From the NCBI GenBank assembly GCA_035641775.1, contig DASQTS010000127.1:1-35592 (forward strand): a stretch of DNA of 35,592 nt, in the 5' to 3' direction. A model generated the notes under the pieces. It searched no databases and had not been told where the DNA came from. It worked only from the letters and a program-made list of their open reading frames with translations. Origin of the DNA: Thermoleophilaceae bacterium. GTDB taxonomy: Bacteria > Actinomycetota > Thermoleophilia > Solirubrobacterales > Thermoleophilaceae. The translations under genes and the position numbers were made by a program. Positions 18,719-26,874 of the stretch are shown here, piece after piece (the stretch's first letter is position 1; every line of letters begins with the position of its first letter).

Positions 18719-18748
18719 GCTGCGCACCGGGCACCGCCCGGTGCTTGC
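18719..18748. repeat. third, inverted copy (30/30 nt) of the palindromic unit found at 4929-5012; hairpin between convergent genes
   Basis: gctgcgcaccgggcaccgcccggtgcttgc is the exact reverse complement of gcaagcaccgggcggtgcccggtgcgcagc from the 42-bp units. The 9-bp stem GCACCGGGC/GCCCGGTGC lies at 18723-18743, between the marR stop (18710) and the mocR-like stop (18755). No U-tract follows. Confidence 0.9.
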
Positions 18749-18754
18749 GCAACG

Positions 18755-20263
18755 TCAGGACATCGGCGCGGCCACCGCGTGGCGCGAGCGGCGCCGGACC
18801 TCGCGGATGGCCCGGGCGAGCCGCCGGACGCCCTCATCGAGCTCGGGGGGGTCCAGCAGCGAGAACGACAGCCGGAACGACGTCTGTGTGCGCCGCTCGG
18901 CGGTGATCGCGCCCCCGGGCGTGAAGGCGACGCCGTGGCGGGCCGCCTCCGTGTAGAGCGCGCGCTCGTCCAGCGGCCGGTTCAGCGTCACCCACACATG
19001 GTGCCCGCCGTGCGGAGAGTCGGCCTGGTACTCGCCGGGCAAGTGCCGCTCGAGCGCCGCTAGCAGCGCGTCGCGCCGCTCGCGGTAGAACGGCTGAGTC
19101 AGCGCCACGTGCTTGTCGTACGCGCCGGCGGCCAGCCAGCGCGCGGCCATGTGCTGGATCAGCGTCGTCGTGTGGAAGTCGGCTTCGAGCTTCAGCGTGG
19201 CGATCCGGTCGCGCACGGGGCCGCGGGCCGCCACCCAGCCGGCCCGAAGGCCGCCGCCCACTACCTTCGATAGCGAGTTCACGTAGATCACGTGCGCCGG
19301 CGCCAGCTCGCGGATCGACCGCACCGGGTCGGAGTCGAAGCTCGCGTCCGCGTACACACGGTCCTCGAGCACGAAGAAGTTCCGCTCGATCGCGAGTTCG
19401 GCGAGCCGCTGCCGCCGCTCCTCGGAGATGTCGCGCCCGGTCGGGTTCTGGCACGCGGTCTGGAGAGCGACGAGCTTCACCTCGTGGCGCGCGAGCAGGC
19501 GCTCGAGCTGACCGACGTCGAAGCCGTCCTCATCCACGGGAACGCCGATCACGCGCGCGCCGGTCTGCCGCAGCGAGTCGAGCAGGCCCGCGAACGTGGG
19601 CGACTCCACCACCGCGACGTCACCCGGCTCGAGTGTCGCGCGCGCGGTCAGGCTGATGCCCTGCTTCGCGCCCGAGGTCACGATGATCTCCTCGGCGTCC
19701 TCGGCGAACCCGTACCTGCGCCCGCGCGCGGCGAGCTGCTCGCGCAGGGCGTAGAGGCCCTCCGCGGGCAGGTATGAGAGCGCCTCGCCGCCCTCCTGGG
19801 AGAGCACGTCAAGCGTGATCGCGGCCAGTTCCTCGGTCGGGTAGAGGCTCGGCGACGGCCAGCCGACCGCGAGCGAGATCAGGTCCGGCTGGCCGGCGCT
19901 CGACATCACGTCGGCCAGCACCTGCTCCGAGTAGCTCAGCTCGTGCTCGGGCAGCGCGTAGACCTGCCAGTCGTCCCCGTGCTCGGTGCTGCCCGCCGGC
20001 GCGAGGCTGCGCACGAATGTGCCGCGCCCGACGCTCGCCGTCACATAGCCCAGCTCCGCGAGCCGCCGATACACGCGCGCCGCCGTCAGGTGGTTCACGC
20101 TCACCAGTTCCGCGAGCTCGCGCGTGGGGGGGAGCTTCTCGCCCGGATCGAGATCACCGGACTCGATGGCGGCGGTGAAGCGGTCCACGAGCTGTTGGGT
20201 CAGCGAGGTCGCGCCATCGCGGTCGAGCTCAGACAAATCGATCTTGTACGACCTTGTACGCAT
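18755..20263 (-). CDS. MocR/PdxR-type regulator (GntR wHTH fused to class I/II aminotransferase-like domain)
   Basis: The N-terminus 'LPPTRELAELVSVNHLTAARVYRRLAELGYV' is a GntR HTH. The remaining ~400 aa are aminotransferase-fold, with 'YVNSLSKVVGGGLRAGW' as the PLP-lysine region. Confidence 0.9.
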   Translation of the reverse strand: MRTRSYKIDLSELDRDGATSLTQQLVDRFTAAIESGDLDPGEKLPPTRELAELVSVNHLTAARVYRRLAELGYVTASVGRGTFVRSLAPAGSTEHGDDWQVYALPEHELSYSEQVLADVMSSAGQPDLISLAVGWPSPSLYPTEELAAITLDVLSQEGGEALSYLPAEGLYALREQLAARGRRYGFAEDAEEIIVTSGAKQGISLTARATLEPGDVAVVESPTFAGLLDSLRQTGARVIGVPVDEDGFDVGQLERLLARHEVKLVALQTACQNPTGRDISEERRQRLAELAIERNFFVLEDRVYADASFDSDPVRSIRELAPAHVIYVNSLSKVVGGGLRAGWVAARGPVRDRIATLKLEADFHTTTLIQHMAARWLAAGAYDKHVALTQPFYRERRDALLAALERHLPGEYQADSPHGGHHVWVTLNRPLDERALYTEAARHGVAFTPGGAITAERRTQTSFRLSFSLLDPPELDEGVRRLARAIREVRRRSRHAVAAPMS

Positions 20264-20287
20264 GCTGATCGGCTCTACGCTAGCACT

Positions 20288-20602
20288 ATGACCAACACAA
20301 TGACGAATCTCACAGTGCGTCGTTCAATTTCGACCGATCGTGCGGACCTGGTTCGACTCGCCGCGCTCGACAGCGGGAGCCCGCCTAGAGGCCCCGCGCT
20401 GATCGCGGAGGCCGACTCGCGAATGCTCGCGGCGCTCCCGCTCGGCTCCGGCCGCGCGATCGCGGACCCGTTCGAGCCGACGGCGGAGATCGTGGCGCTG
20501 CTCGAGCTGCGGCGCGAGCAGATCGGCGGCGCGACGAGCGCTTCTCACGGCCGCCCGAGCCGACTCCGCGGCTTGCTGCGCGGCCGACCGTCGCACGCGT
20601 AG
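20288..20602 (+). CDS. hypothetical small protein (104 aa), divergent from the MocR-type regulator
   Basis: ATG 20288 within track ORF 19943..20602. 'VRRSISTDRADLVRLAALDSGSPPRGPALIAEADSRMLAALPLGSGRAIADPFEPTAEIVALLELRREQI' resembles a small conserved actinobacterial protein family that I cannot name. High third-position GC. Confidence 0.45.
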   Translation: MTNTMTNLTVRRSISTDRADLVRLAALDSGSPPRGPALIAEADSRMLAALPLGSGRAIADPFEPTAEIVALLELRREQIGGATSASHGRPSRLRGLLRGRPSHA

Positions 20603-20648
20603 GAACGCCGAGAGGCGTTGGGGCTCCAACCGACGGCCCCACCCGAAC

Positions 20649-20681
20649 GGCGCCGGTCCATCTCCCCCTCGGACCGGCGCC
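20649..20681. terminator. perfect 11-bp-stem hairpin between convergent genes (candidate bidirectional terminator)
   Basis: GGCGCCGGTCC-(11 nt)-GGACCGGCGCC. Lies between the stop at 20602(+) and the stop at 20701(-). A second, smaller hairpin AACGCC-GAGA-GGCGTT sits at 20604-20619. No clear U-tracts. Confidence 0.45.
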
Positions 20682-20700
20682 GCTCGCCTTCCGGGCGGCG

Positions 20701-21312
20701 TCAGTCGATGAGCCGGTGCTTGGTGGCCCAGCGGCTGAGTTGGTGGCGGTTGGTGAGCTGGAGCTTCCGCAGGACGGCCGATACGTGGTGCTCCACGGTC
20801 TTCGGCGAGATGCCGAGCTCCGCGCCGACCTCCTTGTACAGATAGCCGCGCGCGATCAGCTGGAGCACCTCGCGCTCGCGCAGGGTAAGGCTCGACAGCT
20901 CGGGATCCTCGAGCACGAACCCGGCGAGGGAGGGCGAGAAGACGGCCTCGCCCGCCGCCACGCTTCTCACCGCACCGGCAAGGTCAGCGGGGTCTATCGC
21001 CTTCGTCACGTAGCCATGGGCGCCTGCGCGCACAAGGTCCATGACGTCGGCGGGCGCGTCGGAGACCGACAGTACGAGAAAGCGCACCTCGGGCAGCTCA
21101 GACCCCACAGCGCGCAGGATCGCCAGCCCGCCGCCGTCCGGCATGTGCACGTCGAGGAGCACCACGTGAGGCCGCTCCGCCCGGATCAGCTCGATGGCCT
21201 CCTCGACCGTGCCGGCCTCGGCGGCGATCTCCACGTCGTCTCCGATGCGCGCCCGCACGCCGTCGCGGAACAGCTCGTGGTCATCCACGACCACGACGCG
21301 CGGCCTCCTCAT
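20701..21312 (-). CDS. NarL/LuxR-family response regulator
   Basis: ATG 21312 ('MRRPRVVVVDDHELFRDG') forms an ATGA overlap with the kinase stop. REC domain plus 'LTLREREVLQLIARGYLYKEVGAELGISPKTVEHHVSAVLRKL' (GerE/LuxR HTH). Confidence 0.9.
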   Translation of the reverse strand: MRRPRVVVVDDHELFRDGVRARIGDDVEIAAEAGTVEEAIELIRAERPHVVLLDVHMPDGGGLAILRAVGSELPEVRFLVLSVSDAPADVMDLVRAGAHGYVTKAIDPADLAGAVRSVAAGEAVFSPSLAGFVLEDPELSSLTLREREVLQLIARGYLYKEVGAELGISPKTVEHHVSAVLRKLQLTNRHQLSRWATKHRLID

Positions 21313-22568
21313 GCGTGCCGCTCCAGGATCAGGTGCACCTCGCACCCGCCGCCTGGCGCGGTGCGCACGGCTGCGTGCCCTCCGTGACGCTTCATCCGGG
21401 CGATGATCGAGTCGGTGATCCCGCGCCGGTCCTCGGGCACGCGCTCCGGATCGAAGCCGGGGCCGCGGTCGCGCACGTACGCCGCCACGCGCTGCTCATC
21501 CACCTCGGCGAACAGCGACACCGGGGCGCCCTGCGCGTGCCGGACGGAATTGACGAGTGCCTCGCGGGCGGCGGCCACCAGAGCGGCGGCACGCTCGTCG
21601 AGTGGCGCGTCGCCCACCGTGACCACCTCGATCTTGGTCCGGTGCGAGTCCTCCACCTCGGCGGCCACCGCGCGCAGCGCCTGGGCGACGGAGATAGCCG
21701 GCGCGCCGGCCTCGGCACTGCCGAACAAGCGCGCGCGCAGGTCGCGCTCCTGCGTCCGCGCCAGCGCGCGCACCTCCGTGGGGTCGTCGGCCCGGCTCTG
21801 GATCAGCGCGAGCGTCTGGAGCACGGAGTCGTGCACCGCCGCGGCCACCTCGGCCCGCTCCTCGGAGCGCGCACGCCGGGCACGCTCGGCCGCGAGCACG
21901 CGCGAGCTCCGCAGCCAGCGCGGGGCCACGACGAGCGCGATCACGCTCGCTCCCACCAGCCCGCCGAGCACGGCGCGGTCGTGCGGGCCGACCGCCGCGA
22001 GACTGTAGAAGAACAGCACCGCCACCACAACGCCGCCCACCCCCCGCCTGACGCGGGCGCTGGACGGCCCGAGCCACCAGAAGCCGCTCAGCCCGGCGGC
22101 GCTGAGCAGCAGTGGCCACAACACCTCGTCGGGCGCCACCGTCAGCCCCGCCTCCGAGATTGCGAGCATGAACGCCAGACAGAGGAGGCCGGTGCCGAGC
22201 ATCCGCCGCCAGTCGACCTGCGGCTCGCGCTCGCTCGGCTCGAGTGTGAGGGCCTGCGCGAAGGCGAGCAGGGCGTATGCGAGCGGGCCGGCGGCGGCGA
22301 TCGGCGCGGTCGCGACCGTCAGCGCGCGCAGCGCCCACAGGTTCCTTTGCCGGATCGCGAAGCGCGCGAGCGCGCCCGCGTAGAGAGCTCGCGTGGGCGG
22401 CGCGATCGCGAGCAGCGCCGTCCCTGCGCAGGCGCACGTGAGCGCGAGCGCCCAGCCCCAGTCGAGCTCGACGGCCTCGGCGCCGTCGAGGGCAAATAGC
22501 GCGGCGGCCACGAGCGCGGTTGCACCCGCGCCGGTCGCTCCGGCTCGGGTGGCGGCAGCCTCGGTCAT
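21309..22568 (-). CDS. sensor histidine kinase (HisKA_3 / HATPase_c), multi-TM N-terminus
   Basis: ATG 22568 (ATGA overlap with the upstream PspC-domain gene). H-box 'AAAVHDSVLQTLALIQ'. ATPase region 'ALVNSVRHAQG...DRGPGFDP'. The upstream part of track ORF 21309..22739 was rejected. Confidence 0.85.
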   Translation of the reverse strand: MTEAAATRAGATGAGATALVAAALFALDGAEAVELDWGWALALTCACAGTALLAIAPPTRALYAGALARFAIRQRNLWALRALTVATAPIAAAGPLAYALLAFAQALTLEPSEREPQVDWRRMLGTGLLCLAFMLAISEAGLTVAPDEVLWPLLLSAAGLSGFWWLGPSSARVRRGVGGVVVAVLFFYSLAAVGPHDRAVLGGLVGASVIALVVAPRWLRSSRVLAAERARRARSEERAEVAAAVHDSVLQTLALIQSRADDPTEVRALARTQERDLRARLFGSAEAGAPAISVAQALRAVAAEVEDSHRTKIEVVTVGDAPLDERAAALVAAAREALVNSVRHAQGAPVSLFAEVDEQRVAAYVRDRGPGFDPERVPEDRRGITDSIIARMKRHGGHAAVRTAPGGGCEVHLILERHA

Positions 22569-23662
22569 GGGCCGTCGTCCAGGACGTCCTGCTCGCGCCC
22601 GATCTTCACCTGCCCCACGGCCACGTCTGCTCGCAGCCGTATCGGCATCCTCTGACGGCCGGCGGTGCCGTTCGGGGATGTCGCCCTCATCCGCTGATCG
22701 AGGCCCTGGAGCGGGTCTGTTCTGTAGTTCATGAGCCACGGGTCGATCCGGCCGCGGCGGACACGGACGTCGAACTCGATGCGCGCGCCCCGCGGCACGA
22801 GCACGCGGAGCGACCCAACCCCGACGGAGGCGTCCACGGTCGCGGGGAGCCCGCTCTCGCCGACCCGGCGGAGGTCGAGCTCGAGATCGCCAATCGCACG
22901 GCGCGCCGAGATGTGCCCGCCGGGATCTGCCGCAGGCGTGACTCGCGTGTCGCCGATGCCGCCCTGGAGGCGCATGTCGGACGCGGTCACGAGCGCCGCG
23001 GCGGCAACGGCGAGGATCGCGGGCGCGAGGAAGGGGCGGCCATGGCCGCGCCGCGCGGCTACAAGCAGGGCGACCGCCCCCGCGATCGCCACGACGGCCA
23101 CGAAACGCTCCCAGCGCACCTCCGGCGCGAGAGCCATGCCCGCCGCGAGCGCGGCGCCCGGGACTGCCACGGGCAGCGAGCCGAGCACGGCGCTGCGCGC
23201 GTGCGCCTCAGGGTCGAGGTCGTCGCGGCGATAGCCCGCCGTCACAAAGGCCACCGCGCCGGCGCCGAAGAGCGCCACGAGCGCGACCCACCAGCCGGTC
23301 GGGCCGTCGAACGGCTCGTTGAGGACGAGCTCTCCGGAGAACACGAGGGCCGGGACCGCGAACGCGACGCCGACCCGCGCGAGCGCCACGAGGTTGTCCC
23401 AGCCTCGGCGATCGCTGCCCACGGCGGGGACCAGCAACGCGGCGGCTGCGTACGCCCAGATCCCCCAGGGCGTCGCCATCAGCACTATGACGATGACTCG
23501 CGCCACCACGACCGACATCCCGAAGCGGTCGGCGATGCCGCCCGCCACGCCGGCCACGACGCGGTTCGTGGTTCGTCGCCGGAGGCGCGGCGTGGCGGCG
23601 ACAGCGGCCGGGGAGGAGCCGAGTCGATCGTGCGACGCGCTCGTCCACATGCGTACAAGCAT
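22565..23662 (-). CDS. PspC-domain membrane protein with LiaF-like C-terminal beta domain
   Basis: 'RRTTNRVVAGVAGGIADRFGMSVVVARVIVIVLM' is a PspC domain. Several TM spans follow. The C-terminus '...DLELDLRRVG...VDASVGVGSLRVLVPRGARIEFDVRV' resembles LiaF/DUF2154-type domains. First gene of a three-gene envelope-stress module. Confidence 0.75.
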   Translation of the reverse strand: MLVRMWTSASHDRLGSSPAAVAATPRLRRRTTNRVVAGVAGGIADRFGMSVVVARVIVIVLMATPWGIWAYAAAALLVPAVGSDRRGWDNLVALARVGVAFAVPALVFSGELVLNEPFDGPTGWWVALVALFGAGAVAFVTAGYRRDDLDPEAHARSAVLGSLPVAVPGAALAAGMALAPEVRWERFVAVVAIAGAVALLVAARRGHGRPFLAPAILAVAAAALVTASDMRLQGGIGDTRVTPAADPGGHISARRAIGDLELDLRRVGESGLPATVDASVGVGSLRVLVPRGARIEFDVRVRRGRIDPWLMNYRTDPLQGLDQRMRATSPNGTAGRQRMPIRLRADVAVGQVKIGREQDVLDDGP

Positions 23663-23796
23663 CGCCGTCTCGTCGGCTGGGCGCCATAGGGAATTGCCCC
23701 GGGGCGCTGTCCCCGACTGCGCGCCTCAGGCGCGGCCGGCCTCGAGTGGCGCAAATATAAGCGCCGCGCCACCTGCTCCGGGGTGCTCTGCGTGGA

Positions 23797-24189
23797 TCAG
23801 AAGTCGGCGCGGCCGGCGAAGTGCTCGTGCACCTCGGGGCGGGTGAGCTGGTAGAGGCCGAGCCGCTGGCCGCCGGGACTGCGGAAGGTCGCGCACGGGC
23901 CCAGCGGCAGTTCCACCCGGTGCTCGAGCGTCAGGCCGCGCGTGGCGAGCTCCGCGAGCGCCTCGTCGAGGTCCGAGACCCGGTGCAGGAGCACGGGTGC
24001 GTCGCCCGCGAGGTGACCAGCGAGCACGAGCCGCGGCCCCTCGGAGCCGATCTGGACCTCGGCCACGCGGGTGCCCATGGCCTCGATCGCGAACACGACC
24101 CGCGCACCGAGCACGTCTCGGTAGAACTCGACGTCGGCCTTGACATCCCGGCTCGGGACGTAGAGGACGTCGAGGGCCTCGACCGCCAT
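23797..24189 (-). CDS. VOC (glyoxalase/bleomycin-resistance/dioxygenase) family protein
   Basis: 'VLYVPSRDVKADVEFYRDVLGARVVFAIEAMGTRVAEVQIG...PRLVLAGH' is a VOC beta-alpha-beta-beta-beta module. Start placed at ATG 24189 ('MAVEALD'); the track alternative is 24213. Confidence 0.7.
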   Translation of the reverse strand: MAVEALDVLYVPSRDVKADVEFYRDVLGARVVFAIEAMGTRVAEVQIGSEGPRLVLAGHLAGDAPVLLHRVSDLDEALAELATRGLTLEHRVELPLGPCATFRSPGGQRLGLYQLTRPEVHEHFAGRADF

Positions 24190-24256
24190 GGACTGATCTT
24201 CCCAAGCGTACAAACGCCCACGCTTGACGGCTTCGCTTCCGGGTCGTGCGCGCCGG

Positions 24257-25159
24257 CTAGGCGAGCACCTTCTCGTAGGCCACCCAGCCGAGCGCGGGCG
24301 TCATCCCCGCGCGCTCGTAGAGGCGGAAGGCCCCGGTCTCACTTGCCGCGTCGACGCCGAGCCCGACGCTGCACTCGCCGCGCTCCCAGAAGCGCCGGAA
24401 GGCGTCGCGCAGGAGGGCGGTGCCCACGCCCTGCTTTCGCCAGGGCCGGCGCGTGAAGAGCGCGTGCACGAACCCGCCGCCGTATGTGTCGCCCACGCAG
24501 ACCGTCCCAGCGGCGATCTCGTCGCCGGCACGGACGACGCACCAGAGCGCCGGGTCGAAGCGCTCGCTTCCGAGGTTGACCTTCGACCACGACTCGAAGT
24601 CGCGCGGGGTGTAGTCCCAGGCGTCCGCGAAGGCCTCCTGGCTCGCGGCGTGAAACGCGCGCGCGTCGCGCTCAGGGTCGAAGTCAGTGACGCGGAGCCC
24701 GGCGGGCCATTCGGGGGCCGGCGGCGGCGCGTCGAGGTCGATGCGCATCTCGCGGAAGACGCGCACCGCGGAGTAGCCGAGCGACTCGAGTAACTCGCGT
24801 GCCGCGGCGTCGGCCTCGAGGACATGGTTCTGGACCCTGCCCCCGCCGCGGCGGGCCGCGTGCTCCTCGAGCCCGGTGGCGATCAGCTTCCCGATGCCGC
24901 GCCGGAGCGCGTCGGGGTGGACGTATCCCTGGACTCGCCAGAGCTCGCCCTCCTCCCGCACAGCGGCGGCGTAGCCCACGATCCGGTCGCCGTCGCGGAC
25001 GACGTGCACGTCCTGAAGGTCGAGCTCCAACCACTCGTCCTCCAGATCGGCCTGCGAGAACGCGCTCTGGCCGTACAGCCCCGACTCGACTGCGAGGACC
25101 AGCTCCGTGACACCCGCCGCATCGGCGGCTACGACCGGTGTGAGGGACGCGCGCTCCAT
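24257..25159 (-). CDS. tandem-GNAT N-acetyltransferase (MshD-like architecture)
   Basis: Two acetyl-CoA motif-A-like segments, 'VHPDALRRGIGKLIATGL' and 'TRRPWRKQGVGTALLRDAF', in a 300-aa protein. The function (mycothiol synthase or other) cannot be decided from sequence. Confidence 0.75.
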   Translation of the reverse strand: MERASLTPVVAADAAGVTELVLAVESGLYGQSAFSQADLEDEWLELDLQDVHVVRDGDRIVGYAAAVREEGELWRVQGYVHPDALRRGIGKLIATGLEEHAARRGGGRVQNHVLEADAAARELLESLGYSAVRVFREMRIDLDAPPPAPEWPAGLRVTDFDPERDARAFHAASQEAFADAWDYTPRDFESWSKVNLGSERFDPALWCVVRAGDEIAAGTVCVGDTYGGGFVHALFTRRPWRKQGVGTALLRDAFRRFWERGECSVGLGVDAASETGAFRLYERAGMTPALGWVAYEKVLA

Positions 25160-25398
25160 GTCAGCGCGTCCTCGTGACGCGCTCGAGCACTGGGTCCGTC
25201 GCGCAGCAGTCGCTCATCGACCGCGCGCCACCCGGGGCTGCTGGCGACGATGGCCCGCCGGGCGAGCCATCGAGGAGCGCCACCGTTTCGCATCCATGGC
25301 GGGCGATGACGCATCGAGCGGCTTCAGCACACCGGGCCAAAGCAAGCGCGCCTGCGTGATCGGTCATCGCGAGAGTGATACCGAAGGGGTCCCTCGGG

Positions 25399-25590
25399 AT
25401 GGAGCTAGCCGGACTCGAACCGGCGGCCTCCTGGGTGCGATGCGGGAATGCGAGCGCGCGTGCAAGCGGCGTTTTCGGCTCAACAGAGCGGAGGCGGCAG
25501 CTGAGTTCGTTTACGGCGGGAGCGCGCATAGCCATCGATTACTGGGGATTGCGTTCGATTCGGGCACTGGAAGCGGCCTACTGCCCATTC
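25399..25590 (-). repeat. copy A of a tRNA-Ala-3'-half-tipped repeat element (about 192 nt)
   Basis: On the minus strand, 25447..25400 reads CCCGC-AUCGCAC-CCAGG-AGGCC-GCCGG-UUCGAGU-CCGGC-UAGCUCC-A. That corresponds to an anticodon-arm-like segment, variable loop, T-arm, 3' acceptor strand with U70, and discriminator A. No 5' acceptor strand or D-arm is present. Positions 25399-25447 are identical over 49 nt to copy C. It shares two further conserved blocks with copies B and C. Confidence 0.85.
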
Positions 25591-25646
25591 ATCTCCGCCG
25601 CGGCGATCGTCCCTGTGACCGCCGCGACGGTGATTCGCAGCCGAAG

Positions 25647-25871
25647 CTAGGCGGCCACGCCAGCCGCGAGTGCCTTGACGTCTTCGGTGCTCAGCGGCTT
25701 GCCGCCGACGCCCCAGTCGCCGCTTGCGACCTCGTCGATGACGACCCAGGTCACCGAGCGCATGTTCTCGCCCTCGATCGAGACCATCGCGTCAGTGAGG
25801 CGCTCGACGATCTCGCGCTTCTGGTCGGGCGTGAAGACGTCCTCGATGAGCTTGACGTTGATGAGTGGCAT
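25647..25871 (-). CDS. 4-oxalocrotonate tautomerase family protein
   Basis: ATG 25871 gives 'MPLINVKLIEDVFTPDQKREIVERLTDAMVSIEG' (74 aa) with catalytic Pro at position 2 as expected for the family. AGGAGG-type RBS ('ggaggaacg') lies immediately upstream. Confidence 0.85.
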   Translation of the reverse strand: MPLINVKLIEDVFTPDQKREIVERLTDAMVSIEGENMRSVTWVVIDEVASGDWGVGGKPLSTEDVKALAAGVAA

Positions 25872-25905
25872 CGTTCCTCCTCGTGTTGGATTGGCTCGCC
25901 GCCGC

Positions 25906-26784
25906 TCAGGCCGGCGGCGCGACAAGTGGGTGTGCCTGGTCGTCGAAATGAAGTCGCCGGACATCGCCTCCGGCGATTGGGTTTCGCGTTAGGAACTGCG
26001 CCATCCCTCGAGCGACAGTCTCGGGGCGCTGGATTTGCAGGAGATGGCCCGCGCCCTCGACCATGAGCTCCTCGACCTGAGGGAGCGAGGAGCGGAGGAA
26101 CTTGGCGATCTCGACCCACAACGGCTGGGTCTCCGCGCCGATCACCGACAGGACTGGTTTGCGAATGGCGGCAGCCTGCTCGGGTCCGAACTTCCACTCG
26201 GTGAGGGCAGGGAGCTCGACTCCGAAGAAGGTGTCGGCATCCTTGATCGACTGCTCGACGACACCGGGGATTCGCTCCTCGAGCAAGGCTCGACACACTT
26301 CCCAATCGAGGCTGCTTGCGGCGGCCACGAACATGGCAAACGCGCCCGAGGGGTCGCCGCTTCGGTATACCTCGAACACCGGGCCGGCCGCTTTCAAGAA
26401 GGGACCGCCGAGAGGCAACGACACCAGAGTCGGCTCCAGCAGAGTGAGCGTGTGCACCTTCTCGGGGTGGTCGAGGGCCAGTTGGGCTCCGATCGACGCG
26501 CCGGTGGAATGGCCCGCGATGTGAGCGCGCCGCACACCGAGGTGCTCGAGCAATGCCGCGGCGTCGGCGGCTTGCTGTCCTATGCTCACCGGCGGTGGAG
26601 TGTGCGTGCTCCCAACCCAACCGCGCTTGTGGTACCGGATCAGCTGGTAATCGTGTGCCAGCGCCGGCTCTGCAAGGAGCGGCACGAAGCAGTCGGCGAT
26701 GAGCATGTCGATCAACAGCACGGGTTCCCCTGTCCCGCGCACCTCGTATTCCAGCTCAACGCCGTTGACCTTTGCACGGTCCAT
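25906..26784 (-). CDS. alpha/beta fold hydrolase
   Basis: 'VNGVELEYEVRGTGEPVLLI...IAGHSTGASIGAQLALDHPEKV...GAGHLLQIQRPE' shows the G-x-S-x-G elbow and C-terminal His. GAGGAGG RBS upstream. Confidence 0.85.
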   Translation of the reverse strand: MDRAKVNGVELEYEVRGTGEPVLLIDMLIADCFVPLLAEPALAHDYQLIRYHKRGWVGSTHTPPPVSIGQQAADAAALLEHLGVRRAHIAGHSTGASIGAQLALDHPEKVHTLTLLEPTLVSLPLGGPFLKAAGPVFEVYRSGDPSGAFAMFVAAASSLDWEVCRALLEERIPGVVEQSIKDADTFFGVELPALTEWKFGPEQAAAIRKPVLSVIGAETQPLWVEIAKFLRSSLPQVEELMVEGAGHLLQIQRPETVARGMAQFLTRNPIAGGDVRRLHFDDQAHPLVAPPA

Positions 26785-26874
26785 GACTCCTCCTCGCTTC
26801 GATTGGTAGTACTCGACCCAGATGCGTGAGCAATGCCGACACGGCGGTAACTCACGCGGTTACGGCGACATGCG

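Noticed and set aside
23719-23765. Hairpins GCGCGCC-tca-GGCGCGG and GGCGC-aaatataa-GCGCC between the VOC gene and the PspC operon, as terminator or promoter elements.
   Set aside because: The stems are short (5-6 bp), there is no U-tract and I have no comparative support. The AT-rich loop may simply hold a -10-like TATATT for the PspC operon, but I cannot substantiate that.
24257-25367. GNAT toxin / small antitoxin (TacT/AtaT-like) pair.
   Set aside because: The GNAT protein is a 300-aa tandem-domain enzyme (MshD-like architecture), not a ~170-aa tRNA-acetylating toxin. The upstream small ORF has no RHH/DUF1778 features.
25375-25650. Plus-strand ORFs starting 'MELAGLEPAASWVRCG...' (25375..25650 and 33647..33889).
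   Set aside because: '...LEPA...' peptides are the classic translation of the antisense of a tRNA T-arm/acceptor (CTCGAACC). The similarity between the two ORFs is nucleotide-level repeat identity, and copy B is read in a different frame.
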